Shown piece by piece: positions 10,201 to 18,000 of a DNA stretch of 64,000 bases. Origin of the DNA: a virus. The first letter of the stretch is position 1; the number at the start of each line of letters is the position of its first letter. The stretch spans positions 1-64,000 of the IMG/VR virus record IMGVR_UViG_3300012078_000001. One strand, given 5' to 3'. Both the position numbers and the translations under genes were made by a program. A model generated the notes under the pieces. The model did not search any database and was not told the DNA's origin. It worked only from the letters and a program-made list of their open reading frames with translations.

Positions 10201-11587
10201 TACTGATGTTCGCAGGGTATTATCTCAATATACCAATAGATCTGCTAGATATATGGCACTCGAACCATTTAAGACAAAATCACTTAATGCTTACAATGAA
10301 CATTTTGGCGAATTTGAGAAAGAAAGTAGTGATGCTTTAGCCAAATATACTAAACAGTTTATTCTTGATTTTAATGGTAATCCATCTAATATTGAAGAAT
10401 ATCTAAATAGGGTTATTGGTCAAATTCCTTATCTTGCTGATTTCCTGCGTAAACATAGCTCTTATGGTGATCGTTATGCTGTTGCCTTGGCTAATGGTGC
10501 TACTGAGGTTATGGCTGTTACAACATTGGGCTTCTTTAATCTTGCAACTGCTTTTGTACAACTTGGTCAGTTAATGAATGTATTCTCCCTTGTTGGCAAA
10601 GGAGATATGGTCGATGTAATAAAGCGATATAACAATTTAACCAATACTGACAAGTGGGTACTAAAAGCAAGTGGCGTAGCCTATAACGCGAATATGTCTA
10701 ACACCTCTGGCTATGCTAAAGGGGCTGGAAAAGTAACTTATAATAATAAGTTACAAGCACTTGCAAATAAATCAATGTGGCTCTTTAATAAGGGTGATAC
10801 GTTTACCAGGGAGATAGCTGTTCTTTCAGCTTATCAAAAAGCTTTACGTGAAAATGGCGGCAATAAAAAAGAAGCATTAGCCTACGCTAAAAAAGTAAAT
10901 CGCACCACTAACTTTGATTATAGCGTTACTGACGCAACTGAATTATTTAGGAGTTATTCTGTGCTTGGTCAAGTATTTTTCCAATTTAAGAAATATGGCG
11001 TAAAACAAGGTGAGTTTGTGTATGATATGTTGTTTGATAAGAATAACACTAAAGAACAACGTGCTCGCTTTTTTGGTTCAATGTTTATAATGGCTGGTAT
11101 GATGGGTATTCCTTTTGGCGATTTACTTGATGAACTATTTAAGGGTATCACTGGTAAAGATGTAAATAGCGATATGCGTAATTATTTATTAACTAAAGCT
11201 GGCAATAACGAGTTCCAAAAGGCATTAACTCATCAAGCTATTTATGGTGCAGGTTCGCACGTTGGAATTGATTTATCTAAGCGTATAGGTATCTATAACT
11301 CCTTCCCTGACAGTTTTGCTCCTGCTGTGGTTAAACCTATACAGGCTATGCAATCTCTATTTAAGCATGGTGTAACTTCCCCTGAGTTTCTTGGTAACGT
11401 AGTCCCAACTATAGGTAATATTGCCACTGGCTATCAGGGACACCCAAAAGGAATAAAAAATTTACATTATAACAACTATGAAAAAGTTGTTCGTGCTATG
11501 GGTTTTATTCCACTGCGTGAAAATATTGAGCGAGACAAACGTATTTATGCAATGAAAAAGAAAGAAGAAAAGACAAATGGTAAATAA
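4292..11587 (+). CDS. giant virion-internal/ejection (polyvalent- or tape-measure-like) protein with a zincin motif
   Basis: 2431-aa ORF; Gly/Ala-rich hydrophobic N-terminal segments; 3 tandem ~72-aa repeats; HEFAHH at 6773-6790; long charged coiled-coil middle; hydrophobic helices near the C-terminus. Confidence 0.7.
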   Translation: MAQKLTNEQLMSIFASQRDLDETLSRINYRGYDNTTWGNLTSGFKEGLAGTVEGLGGFAKLLGAEEFGDYTVNAMQKYQNSLRPSGYNVDDFSLGEAVNPFSKFWSSGQGFRTIGSGLGSLATFAVPQLAGAKIASAIGATGKAAQYAGSIIPSLIEASAETGGVFNTIEDDLKRTGDLDEYGKQFAKEQALPTFGANLILSGASNLGGLALAMAKPGGKVLGKELSDITQKYNKSYIAGKTLGVAGTQGYEEVMQSRIADAGERSVNVLTNPGYLDYNPIPQSPEEGLDFFAGAIMGGGLGLGGHFLSPKSDTIAKSQLDQNQTKAINTTPFTNLPLLEGTNIPLLTGSTNVPLLGSSSHYGDNFTMRGNSTVDQHALDLQAQAVNEYNAGRITPDEFIQILNTATQRYQPDQPINITPPTNVPLLGSSSHYGDNFTMRGNSTIDQYALDLQTKAIDDFKAGRITPGELAQTLNNATQRYQSNQPIDITPFITKVPLLESTGYQGNNFTMHNKSAINPHALDLQTNYNNEFNTGRITPQEFIQILNLGTQKYQSAPQNSNIANNQPLTQDSNNQSSVQNSNIILKEPVTQDANIAKYQSVAQDGNITVEQPFQPNLTARNQVVENQVIKDQKTSDTQNLNVQTQVQEDFIKQFIYGLRFNLGDKQHSQTKKAAALKRASNPNEIKQILVNSRVFKEHEVTPELINSIYKRVPQLRNLAIGQQNLQFSESKVMDNTATKPVIPPATKDAYRSVNLYGEKLNIRDNPNDSDETKLVSKLAKMFNANKNVKFFTSESAKLKDTNGFYNARNQTIYINENSPKAFHWVFGHEFAHHMEQVNNEDWNKISDHLLESLGANVEEYKGLEYQGLIDDYRKSVGATKQKGYITKTGAKYTEERTHREIISDLVADRIANGKFLDDLAQMEQKSTGIFTRTVQYIKKMLSRMIRSSKSDFDKTNLQRVQNELNAKIDSVLADLSQRKLHGQYPDNIKEREGKKPLTKNLQERQFDGKESDPENVNNKKGEPHYQQTKLANRRQVILNSFEVDGVEKLGEDKVMAMVRELDNIENTEKSLPPHNGKLSDRTIEAVTQALERNRLKHDVEADLTKTGVESNTSNAELQKGTEAPDSQLYDKIEYKYDELPTNKDFYDPSIYDFDENNTKDSKYNPKDASTRIHNKWENEPKLNTAELKAINMIANNSPNAHKAKQYIYDKYIKRAVEHATKNVYNEDFLPNYRADANSALLKFLGNENKLELRHGKHALSEKAKKEGKTESTAATEDFKKGFKPYDFKWLANQLNSAVKGFLRLNPNATKEDVDKFLSSSDNTFRNSLLNDLERKVTQELSETKKEFDDNDMSGISYADIKQFNDVMNELVQDEGLTKSGKEATYLDAAKVLTKQGVEKFIDKYHRDYGKYPSQNMITAEFDKIRKANNRKAHALTSYSSRSFSFESMFDSKEKSSDKVDTALDNANDDIIDNVPVGENMFALDTKDNPNFPVFNALTKLLPGEYNVYLAKYAPLTKNTLDNLVSKYKEAKIEDRPTIKKSIDKFKEMWALQHRFSNFSKRIAELNDKIDELTKLNPTDEHIKNVEKETDVLSQMFRRYPNEYRERLRSERNKFETLIKAKDELAKAKKDLDKVENTLANRLGYVNVGEMKENETTGKTELKKLLKKQFRPESKLGGNSGTQENYSFDDIMFSESTPVDGLFKDTRLKLANSIKKALDTRDIPQKNKLGMVQRFLRSPHKIAEIFPEFKKVYDLAVGSFESEQRLKTKFFERLNPIFDSLNDNEKAVLDDIVLAANASYRDLSDAEIKKLNGNDNVVKAYRDLRSHLDTIHKNLNRINKLMGRPQIGYVRGYFPHIWDNWSVVSNGASQSFRTHTEALEALKEIIKTDPNAVIKFTVPHFHNKATYSTEKTYELDSDARNEMLQEFTLGKDDIDALPTEIDNLLAKRDDIPTQHRFFSHLLKRQGMEGYSTDVRRVLSQYTNRSARYMALEPFKTKSLNAYNEHFGEFEKESSDALAKYTKQFILDFNGNPSNIEEYLNRVIGQIPYLADFLRKHSSYGDRYAVALANGATEVMAVTTLGFFNLATAFVQLGQLMNVFSLVGKGDMVDVIKRYNNLTNTDKWVLKASGVAYNANMSNTSGYAKGAGKVTYNNKLQALANKSMWLFNKGDTFTREIAVLSAYQKALRENGGNKKEALAYAKKVNRTTNFDYSVTDATELFRSYSVLGQVFFQFKKYGVKQGEFVYDMLFDKNNTKEQRARFFGSMFIMAGMMGIPFGDLLDELFKGITGKDVNSDMRNYLLTKAGNNEFQKALTHQAIYGAGSHVGIDLSKRIGIYNSFPDSFAPAVVKPIQAMQSLFKHGVTSPEFLGNVVPTIGNIATGYQGHPKGIKNLHYNNYEKVVRAMGFIPLRENIERDKRIYAMKKKEEKTNGK
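5339..5965 (+). repeat. three tandem ~215-nt (about 72-aa) coding repeats inside the giant gene
   Basis: NVPLLGSSSHYGDNFTMRGNST..DLQ...GRITP.E..Q.LN.ATQRYQ repeated three times; the first two copies are near-identical at DNA level. Confidence 0.85.
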
Positions 11588-11606
11588 ACCATTTGTCTTT
11601 TCTTTT
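11571..11606 (+). terminator. intrinsic terminator overlapping the stop of the giant gene
   Basis: AGACAAATGG / CCATTTGTCT stem followed by TTTCTTTT. Confidence 0.65.
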
Positions 11607-11622
11607 AAAGGGAGGGTAGATA

Positions 11623-11850
11623 ATGGGAGAGCAGCATGAAGCAGGAACATGTAAAGAGTTAGTCGAGACTCGTATTGAGGTAGCACGTTTAGAAGAAAAC
11701 GTAAAAATTATTCCAGACATTAAAAACAGTGTAGATACATTAATTGAAAAATTAAATGGGCAGACCAGTTTTATCGCAGGTGTATCTGCTACTGTTTCCG
11801 CTGTTGTAACAATGGTTGGTTTATTTTTATCCTGGAAGGGTGGTAAATAG
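11623..11850 (+). CDS. XhlA-like lysis-associated membrane protein
   Basis: 75 aa; N-terminal coiled coil plus a C-terminal TM helix (FIAGVSATVSAVVTMVGLFLSW); first gene of the lysis cassette. Confidence 0.5.
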   Translation: MGEQHEAGTCKELVETRIEVARLEENVKIIPDIKNSVDTLIEKLNGQTSFIAGVSATVSAVVTMVGLFLSWKGGK

Positions 11851-12197
11851 TGTTAATAAATTATCCTGAATATATCTTGGGCTTTATTGTTATTGGTGTA
11901 ATTTTATTATTAAACATAATTGCTATGTTGCTTTTTGTTATTTATGCAAAGTCTACTAGTAGACTTAAAACCTCTATTGAGACTATTATCTACGAACTTG
12001 ATAAATTTGCTGATAATATGTCTAATGAACAAAAAAAATCAAAGGCAATTACTGATATTCAAAGCCTTTTAGGATGGAAAAAGTTTTTTATCCCTCCTAT
12101 AGTTATTGGTTTAATTATTGATCTGCAAGTTGCTGCTATTCGTAAGATGCAAGTTTCTACGAATACACCTAATTTACACAGGGAGGAGGATGAATAA
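11850..12197 (+). CDS. holin (LL-H-family-like)
   Basis: N-terminal TM helix, a central ..EQKKSKAI.. segment, a second hydrophobic helix and a charged tail; lies between the XhlA-like gene and the endolysin. Confidence 0.55.
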   Translation: MLINYPEYILGFIVIGVILLLNIIAMLLFVIYAKSTSRLKTSIETIIYELDKFADNMSNEQKKSKAITDIQSLLGWKKFFIPPIVIGLIIDLQVAAIRKMQVSTNTPNLHREEDE

Positions 12198-12556
12198 TGG
12201 CAAGATATTTTAATGATAGAGAATTCATTTGTAAGTGTGGACAATGTACAGGACTTCCTAGAAATGGCATGGATAAACGACTACTTGAAGTGCTAGATAA
12301 AATTCGTGAGCGAATTGGACAGCCTATTTATGTTACTTCTGGGTATAGGTGTCCTGATTGGAATGAAAAAGTTGGTGGAGTAAGAAACTCCTTCCATTCC
12401 CAAGGTGTCGCATGTGATATTATTTATGATGGGATTGATGTTAACTACTTAGCACAGGTAGCAGAAGAATGTGGTGCTGATGGCATAGGTAAGTATTATT
12501 CTCAATTTTTTGTTCATGTTGACACTAGAGGGTATAATGCCAGATGGGAGGGTTAA
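12197..12556 (+). CDS. peptidase M15 (D-Ala-D-Ala carboxypeptidase-type) endolysin
   Basis: SGYRCPDWNEKVGGVRNSFHSQGVACDI and FVHVD metal-ligand motifs. Confidence 0.8.
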   Translation: MARYFNDREFICKCGQCTGLPRNGMDKRLLEVLDKIRERIGQPIYVTSGYRCPDWNEKVGGVRNSFHSQGVACDIIYDGIDVNYLAQVAEECGADGIGKYYSQFFVHVDTRGYNARWEG

Positions 12557-12560
12557 TTAA

Positions 12561-13067
12561 TTGTTTAACAAATATAAGCCCTTCCTATTTGGAGGGACTT
12601 TGTTTATTTTTGGTGTGGCAATTGGGACGTTAGGTTGCTATTTCTTCTTTCCTAAAACCATCACGAACACTGTTGAAATTGAAAAACCTATCGTACAAGA
12701 AACAGTTAAATATGTTGACAGGACTGAGGTTGTATATGTTCCCAAAGCCTCTCCTGCTGACGCTGATATAGAAATCACTAAAACGCAGCCTGTAGTAAAA
12801 GTTGATGTTAATGGTAAAAACTATGACTTCAAGCTTAACCAAACTGAAAATCATAAGTTTGATAATGGAAAACTAGTTGTCGATCAAGCTGGCGTTATTG
12901 CGATTGACGTGCGAACTAATGAGGACAAAAGAAGGTGGACTTTAAAATTAGGCAAGTCAAACAATAGTGTAGCAGGTGGATTAGATTATAATTTAAATAA
13001 TATTATAAATATTTGGACTTTTTATGATAAAGAGACAATCGCAGGAGGTGTCGGTGTAAAATTTTAA
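12561..13067 (+). CDS. membrane-anchored hypothetical protein, last gene of the late block
   Basis: 168 aa with an N-terminal TM helix (LFGGTLFIFGVAIGTLGCYFFF). Confidence 0.55.
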   Translation: MFNKYKPFLFGGTLFIFGVAIGTLGCYFFFPKTITNTVEIEKPIVQETVKYVDRTEVVYVPKASPADADIEITKTQPVVKVDVNGKNYDFKLNQTENHKFDNGKLVVDQAGVIAIDVRTNEDKRRWTLKLGKSNNSVAGGLDYNLNNIINIWTFYDKETIAGGVGVKF

Positions 13068-13102
13068 TCTATTAGTATATGCGAATATAGGAAAATTTAT
13101 AC

Positions 13103-13132
13103 TTGACAAACATCTGTTTTTTGTTGTATGAT
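13103..13132 (+). promoter_or_regulatory. strong sigma-A-type promoter with no ORF behind it
   Basis: TTGACA 13103-13108, 18-nt spacer, TATGAT 13127-13132. Confidence 0.55.
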
Positions 13133-13138
13133 TTTATG

Positions 13139-13268
13139 TAGATAAGTACATCGGAAAAGGCAAAAACTCGCCCCTATGTCTTGGCTGGACAGGCGAGTTT
13201 AACCAATAAATCTCCCACAACTATTCGTTTTGAGTGGCGAATATCAAGTGGCTTGATTTGTTATTGTC
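13139..13268 (+). ncRNA. candidate small RNA (about 130 nt)
   Basis: Starts behind the 13103 promoter; hairpin CTCGCC 13167-13172 / GGCGAG 13192-13197; hairpin ATCAAG 13243-13248 / CTTGAT 13252-13257 followed by a T-rich tract. Confidence 0.3.
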
Positions 13269-13370
13269 TAATATTATTATACCAAATATAAAAACCATGT
13301 CAAGTGTTTTTTTGCTGGTTTTAATGAAAAAATAGACTTTTTTTCTAAAGACATACGTTGCACAATATAG

Positions 13371-13725
13371 CTTGCCCTCAGATACAAGCGTAACTGAGTC
13401 ACCAAAGGCTTCCGAAAATTTGTACGTCAGGGTTTATTTATGTTTCCCAAGATGCTTACAAGTGTATAACCGCCGTAGTCTGAAACCGCAAGGAAGTAGG
13501 AGGATGATAAGGGAAGTTGGTAAGGCAACGAAAACCATGTGCAGTAAAGCTACGCCTTGGTGCAAGAAAAATCCCTTCCAGAACAGGATAATGGTTCTGG
13601 CTGTTGAGGGTGAGCGCCTATTCGATATGCCCATTCGCGCATATTTAATAGCCTACTTCAAGAGTATCAATCCCTAGTTTCAAGTTACCTGTATTGGTAG
13701 TTTGGAACTAGGGATTTCTCTGTCT
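13371..13725 (+). ncRNA. candidate structured non-coding RNA (class unknown)
   Basis: Visibly GC-richer than its flanks. Only implausible overlapping sense and antisense ORFs. Helices: CCAGAAC 13578-13584 / GTTCTGG 13594-13600; CCCTCA 13375-13380 / TGAGGG 13605-13610; terminal 11-bp stem 13669-13679 / 13706-13716. Confidence 0.4.
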
Positions 13726-13924
13726 CTTGCTCACAACCTTTCTCAATCCCATTTCGCAAGTTTCGTGCCAGAACTTGTACTAGTATGCAATATTTTTACT
13801 ATATACAATGCAAGCATTGTATGAGTATAGTACAAGCATTGTATATTAGTATAAGTATGGAATTTATGTTCGTTCCTTCGCGTAACCCTAAAGAAATTTA
13901 TAAAAACGTAACCTATATGGGCTG

Positions 13925-13986
13925 TGAATATGTGTATATGTGTGTCAGGTAGCGGAGCGTTAGCTGTCCACATATACACATATTCA
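13925..13986. repeat. perfect 18-bp inverted repeat with a 26-nt spacer
   Basis: TGAATATGTGTATATGTG 13925-13942 pairs with CACATATACACATATTCA 13969-13986; abuts the stop of the ORF at 13987. Confidence 0.9.
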
Positions 13987-14409
13987 TCAGCCCTTTCTTG
14001 TGCTATTTTTTGAAAATAGCTTGTCCCAAAAAGAAGGTTTAGGCTGATTTAATATTCTTAACCTTTCATCAATTAAACGATAGTGTTCGACTATTATGTT
14101 CTTCTGTTCTTCTAATATATTTTGTTGCTCAAGTGCTATATCTTTAACGCGCTGTAACTCATATTTTAACTCTATTGTAGATTTTTCAACCTCTGTATTT
14201 ATAGCGTCCTTAACAGCTTCTTTAATTACATGTTGAACAGCATTTTGAATGTCATTAACTGGTATTTTATCAAGTGCCGCCTGCACTAAGTCTTTAGCAC
14301 TTTCTTGAACCGCCTGTCGAACAGCGTTTTGAATATCACCAACTGTTACCTTGGGTTTAGTTTTTTCTGGTGTTTCTTGTTTTGGAACTGTAATAATATC
14401 GCCACTCAT
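13987..14409 (-). CDS. coiled-coil hypothetical protein with an internal duplication
   Basis: 140 aa; DIQNAV(R/Q)..V(Q/K)E..KD motif occurs twice; AGGAGG RBS. Confidence 0.55.
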   Translation of the reverse strand: MSGDIITVPKQETPEKTKPKVTVGDIQNAVRQAVQESAKDLVQAALDKIPVNDIQNAVQHVIKEAVKDAINTEVEKSTIELKYELQRVKDIALEQQNILEEQKNIIVEHYRLIDERLRILNQPKPSFWDKLFSKNSTRKG

Positions 14410-14480
14410 TTATGTTAACCTCCTAATATCAGGTACATAATTATATATATATATTTTGTATTTATATCTAAATTCCTTCT

Positions 14481-14512
14481 GCCACTCTTATAAATGGAGT
14501 GGCAATTTTTTT
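14481..14512 (+). terminator. plus-strand intrinsic terminator in a region with no plus-strand gene
   Basis: GCCACTC 14481-14487 / GAGTGGC 14497-14503 followed by AATTTTTTT. Confidence 0.5.
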
Positions 14513-14523
14513 ATCTTTTAAGT

Positions 14524-14606
14524 TACCCAGGAATTGCCATATTTTACCCAAAAAATAAATTAAATCACCCAAAAAACAAATATTTTTATTTACTTTTTGG
14601 GTAAAA
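14524..14606. promoter_or_regulatory. operator-like cluster of TTACCCAAAAAA motifs
   Basis: TTACCCA 14524; TTACCCAAAAAA 14545-14556; TCACCCAAAAAA 14567-14578; inverted TTTTTGGGTAA 14596-14606. Confidence 0.5.
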
Positions 14607-14618
14607 TAATTTATAATT
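14590..14618 (+). promoter_or_regulatory. early rightward promoter
   Basis: TTTACT 14590-14595, 17-nt spacer containing TTTTGGGTAAAA, TATAAT 14613-14618. Confidence 0.45.
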
Positions 14619-14740
14619 AATATAACAGTGTAGGGGGGGTAATTAATATATTTGAATTATTAGCTATACCAACACTCATTATAAGTCAGTCTACTTGCTT
14701 TGCTCCAAAGCTCAATGTTGATACTGCAATACTTGATGCT

Positions 14741-15058
14741 TTGACAAAACCTAAAGCTATTTTTCGTGAAGTTATGGCGAATGTTTCTGCTTATACAGCC
14801 AGTATTGAAGAATGCGGTAAAAATGATGGAATAACAGCAAGCGGTACTTCTGCTACAGAAGGACGAACTATTGCAATGGATTGTGTTCCATTTGGCACTA
14901 AGGTTGAAATAAATGGGACTGTTTATATTGTTGAAGATCGATTTGGTGGCAACTATCGTAATAGAGTTGATATTTACAAAACAAGTCGTGCTGATGCTTG
15001 TCGTTTTGGTCGTAAACATTTACCTATAAAAATATATGATCAAGGGGTAGAACCATGA
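14741..15058 (+). CDS. 3D-domain (RlpA/DPBB-like) protein
   Basis: IAMDCVPFGTKVEINGTVYIVEDRFGG..RVDIY...A..FG matches 3D-domain signatures. The frame is open back to 14642 (signal-peptide-like LLAIPTLIISQS) with no canonical start there, so the start is uncertain. Confidence 0.6.
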   Translation: MTKPKAIFREVMANVSAYTASIEECGKNDGITASGTSATEGRTIAMDCVPFGTKVEINGTVYIVEDRFGGNYRNRVDIYKTSRADACRFGRKHLPIKIYDQGVEP

Positions 15059-18000
15059 CTACAGATAAAAAAGAAATATTTGTTTCCTTGCATAATCATA
15101 GTGATTATAGTATTTTTGATGCTATAAGTAAGTATAACAATATGATTACCAAAGCTTTGGAGTTTGGTCAAGATGCACTAGGCGTATCTGAACATGGTAC
15201 AACCTCTGGACTATTAGATTTTTACAAACAAGCAACTAAAGCTGGTATTAAGCCCATCTTGGGTTATGAAGGATATATATCCACAAATATTAATATCAAA
15301 GATAGGGGTGATATATATCATATCTGTCTTTATGCTAAAGATTACGAAGGTTATAAAAACCTTAATCGCATAAATTCTTTTGCTCACCAAAATATTTATC
15401 ATAAACCGCGCTTATCAATACCTATTCTGCGTAAATATTCTAAAGGATTAATTTGCACATCAGCGTGTATGGGAGGGTTACTAAAACGTGACGATGCGGA
15501 AAAATGGGCTAGGGTATTGCAAGAGATATTTAATGACGATTTTTACATCGAATTGCAGTTTAACAACCTACAGGGGCAATATGAATACAATCAAAGGGTT
15601 CTTAAAGTGGCTATGGATTTCAATATTAATATTACTATTGGCGTTGATAGCCACTACATCAACCCTAGAGATGCACATATTCATAGGGCATGGAAATTTA
15701 TAAAAGACGATAATCCTTATTATTCCCATGATGATTTCTATATGCATAGTCAAGATCAAGTTATTGAGCGTATTTTAGCACATGGTTTTAACCATCAAAC
15801 AGCAATGATATGGGTTAGTAATACAAGGGAAATCGCTAATAAATGTAACTGTATAATCCCTATCGAAAAGGAAAACTACCCTATATTTCCTGATTGTGAA
15901 GATCAAGAAAAACGTATGCGCGAACTAGCGTTAGCTGGAATGCAAAAAAAACTTATTACACCTTATTCTAATGAAGAAATTGAACGTATGGAAAAGGAAC
16001 TCATTGACTTAACTAATGCGAACTATAATAATTACTTCTTAATTATTGAAGATGCATTAAGGTGGTGTGACGATGTTTCTAAAATAGGGCGCAGTTCTGG
16101 TGGTAGAGGGTCTGTTGTTGGTTCATTTGTCGCTTATCTTCTAAATATTACTGGTATTAATCCTTTGAAGCATGGGCTACTCTTTGAACGCTTTTTAAAT
16201 CCAAGTCGTGTTACTCCTTGCGATATTGATTGCGATTTTGAAAGTGCCAGAAGGGGAGAAGTCATTGAATATCTCAAGCAAAAATATACCCTTGCATACC
16301 AAGTGCGAACTTTTAACCTTGTTGGCGCAAAAGCTGGCATTCAACGTGCAGGGCAGTCCATGGGTCTTGATAACCTTGAACTTGATCGCATAAGTAGTCT
16401 TATTCCTAAAAATGGTACACTAGATAATTTGCCTAAGAAATACAATGGTAAAATACTTACACAAAAACAGTATGATAAGTTGTTGTTTCTCGCATACTCA
16501 TTTCAAGGTATTATTCAATCATATGGTATTCATGCGAGTGCTGTTATGTTGTTCCCTAAAGCGGTTGAAAATTGGTGTTCGATTGAATGTCAAGATGGTA
16601 CGCTTGTAGTAAATTATGACTTCCATTGGTTAGAAGAGCATTGTGGGCTATTAAAACTAGATATACTTGCCCTTAAAACATTAGACGTAATTATAAATAC
16701 TATTAAACAAGTACCAGATTTTCCCCATGATATTAACAACTTACCAGATGCAGACGAACTTACATTTAAAATGCTCTGTAAAGGTAATACTAGAGGTTGC
16801 TTTCAAATTGAAGGGGATGGAATGACGCAGCTTGTAATTAACTTGCAGCCACAAGAATATAAAGACCTTATCCCGTTAGTCGCACTCTATCGCCCTGGTT
16901 GTCTTAAAGCTGGTATGGTTGAACAATTCGTTAAACGTAGAACTGGAAAAGAAGAAGTATCTTATTTATTGCCCTGTCTTGAGTCAGTAATGCAAAATAC
17001 ATATGGCGTTATGCTTTATCAAGAGCAGGTTATGCAAATGGTACAAGTTATGGCAAACTACTCGCTTGGACAAGCTGATCTGTTTCGCAGGGCTATAGGT
17101 CGTAAAGATGAAAAACTAATGCAAGAAATAATACCTCCATTTATTAAAGCCTGCGAGGAAAATAATTACACCCACGAACAAGCACAGCAAGTTGCTAATT
17201 ATATAAATGGTTGCTCTGATTATCTATTTAATATGGGTCATTCTGCTGGTTATGGTTATATCGCATATCAGACAGCGTTTTTAAAAACTCATTATCCTTC
17301 GCAATTTATGTGTTCTCTACTTAATACATATATAGATGATAAGGATAGTCAGACACAGTATATGAAGGATGCCGTGAATATGGGCATTAAAATACTTCAA
17401 CCCAGTATAACTAAAAGCAAAACTCAGTGGTCTGTTACTCCTGATAATCATTTACGTGTTGGTCTTAGTGCTATTCGCAATATAGGAAACTTCAATATTC
17501 CTACTGATATTGAAGAATTCCATGAGTTTATGGCTAAGTACCATATTATTAACAAAAGGGTGTTGGAATATTTAATAAAGGCAGGGTGTTTTGAAGGCGA
17601 TAGAGCATTACAACTCGCACAACTTGAATGGTACAAAGACGACAAAAAAGGTTATAAACGAATGCTTGAGTGTCGTGAGAAAATCGAATATGCAGAAAGC
17701 CAAAGAAACAATAAAAAAATCGCAGAGTGGCAAAATGAACTTTTGGCTATTTCTAGTATTGATGAAGTCAAACCTTTCCAAAGTCAGATTATAGAATGGG
17801 AACGTGATGCATTAGGATTTACGTTCCACGAAATACTTGATCAATATGATTTGTCTTATTGTGATAAAGCGCAAGATGTTGTTAGTGGTGAAATAATTAA
17901 TATTAAACCTTGGTTGACTAAGAAAGGTGAACCAATGGCGTTTATTAAATTAAGGACTAAAATTAATAACCTAGACCTTGTTATTTTTGACGAACACTAT

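Noticed and set aside
4292-11587. The giant protein as an N4-like or crAss-like virion RNA polymerase, which would fit the hairpin and SSB theme
   Set aside because: I could not find T7-like motifs (R-x3-K-x7-YG, catalytic DxxxxD/HD) or a DxDGD-type DPBB motif by eye. This remains untested and needs profile searches.
13231-13246. A 13-14-nt match ATTCGCCACTCAA shared between 13231 (complement), 36245 and 39091
   Set aside because: Matches of this length are expected by chance several times in 2 x 64 kb of AT-rich sequence, and there is no consistent context.
13372-13677. 101-aa plus-strand ORF and the overlapping 66-aa minus ORF (13434-13634) as protein-coding genes
   Set aside because: It has a TTG start with no RBS and an R/K/C-rich, low-plausibility sequence. 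Sense and antisense frames are both open, as expected in a GC-richer non-coding block. The region is better explained as structured RNA.
13743-13979. 78-aa minus-strand ORF
   Set aside because: It runs through direct and inverted DNA repeats (CAAGCATTGTAT and the 18-bp inverted-repeat arm), has no RBS, and has an aberrant H/Y/T-rich composition.
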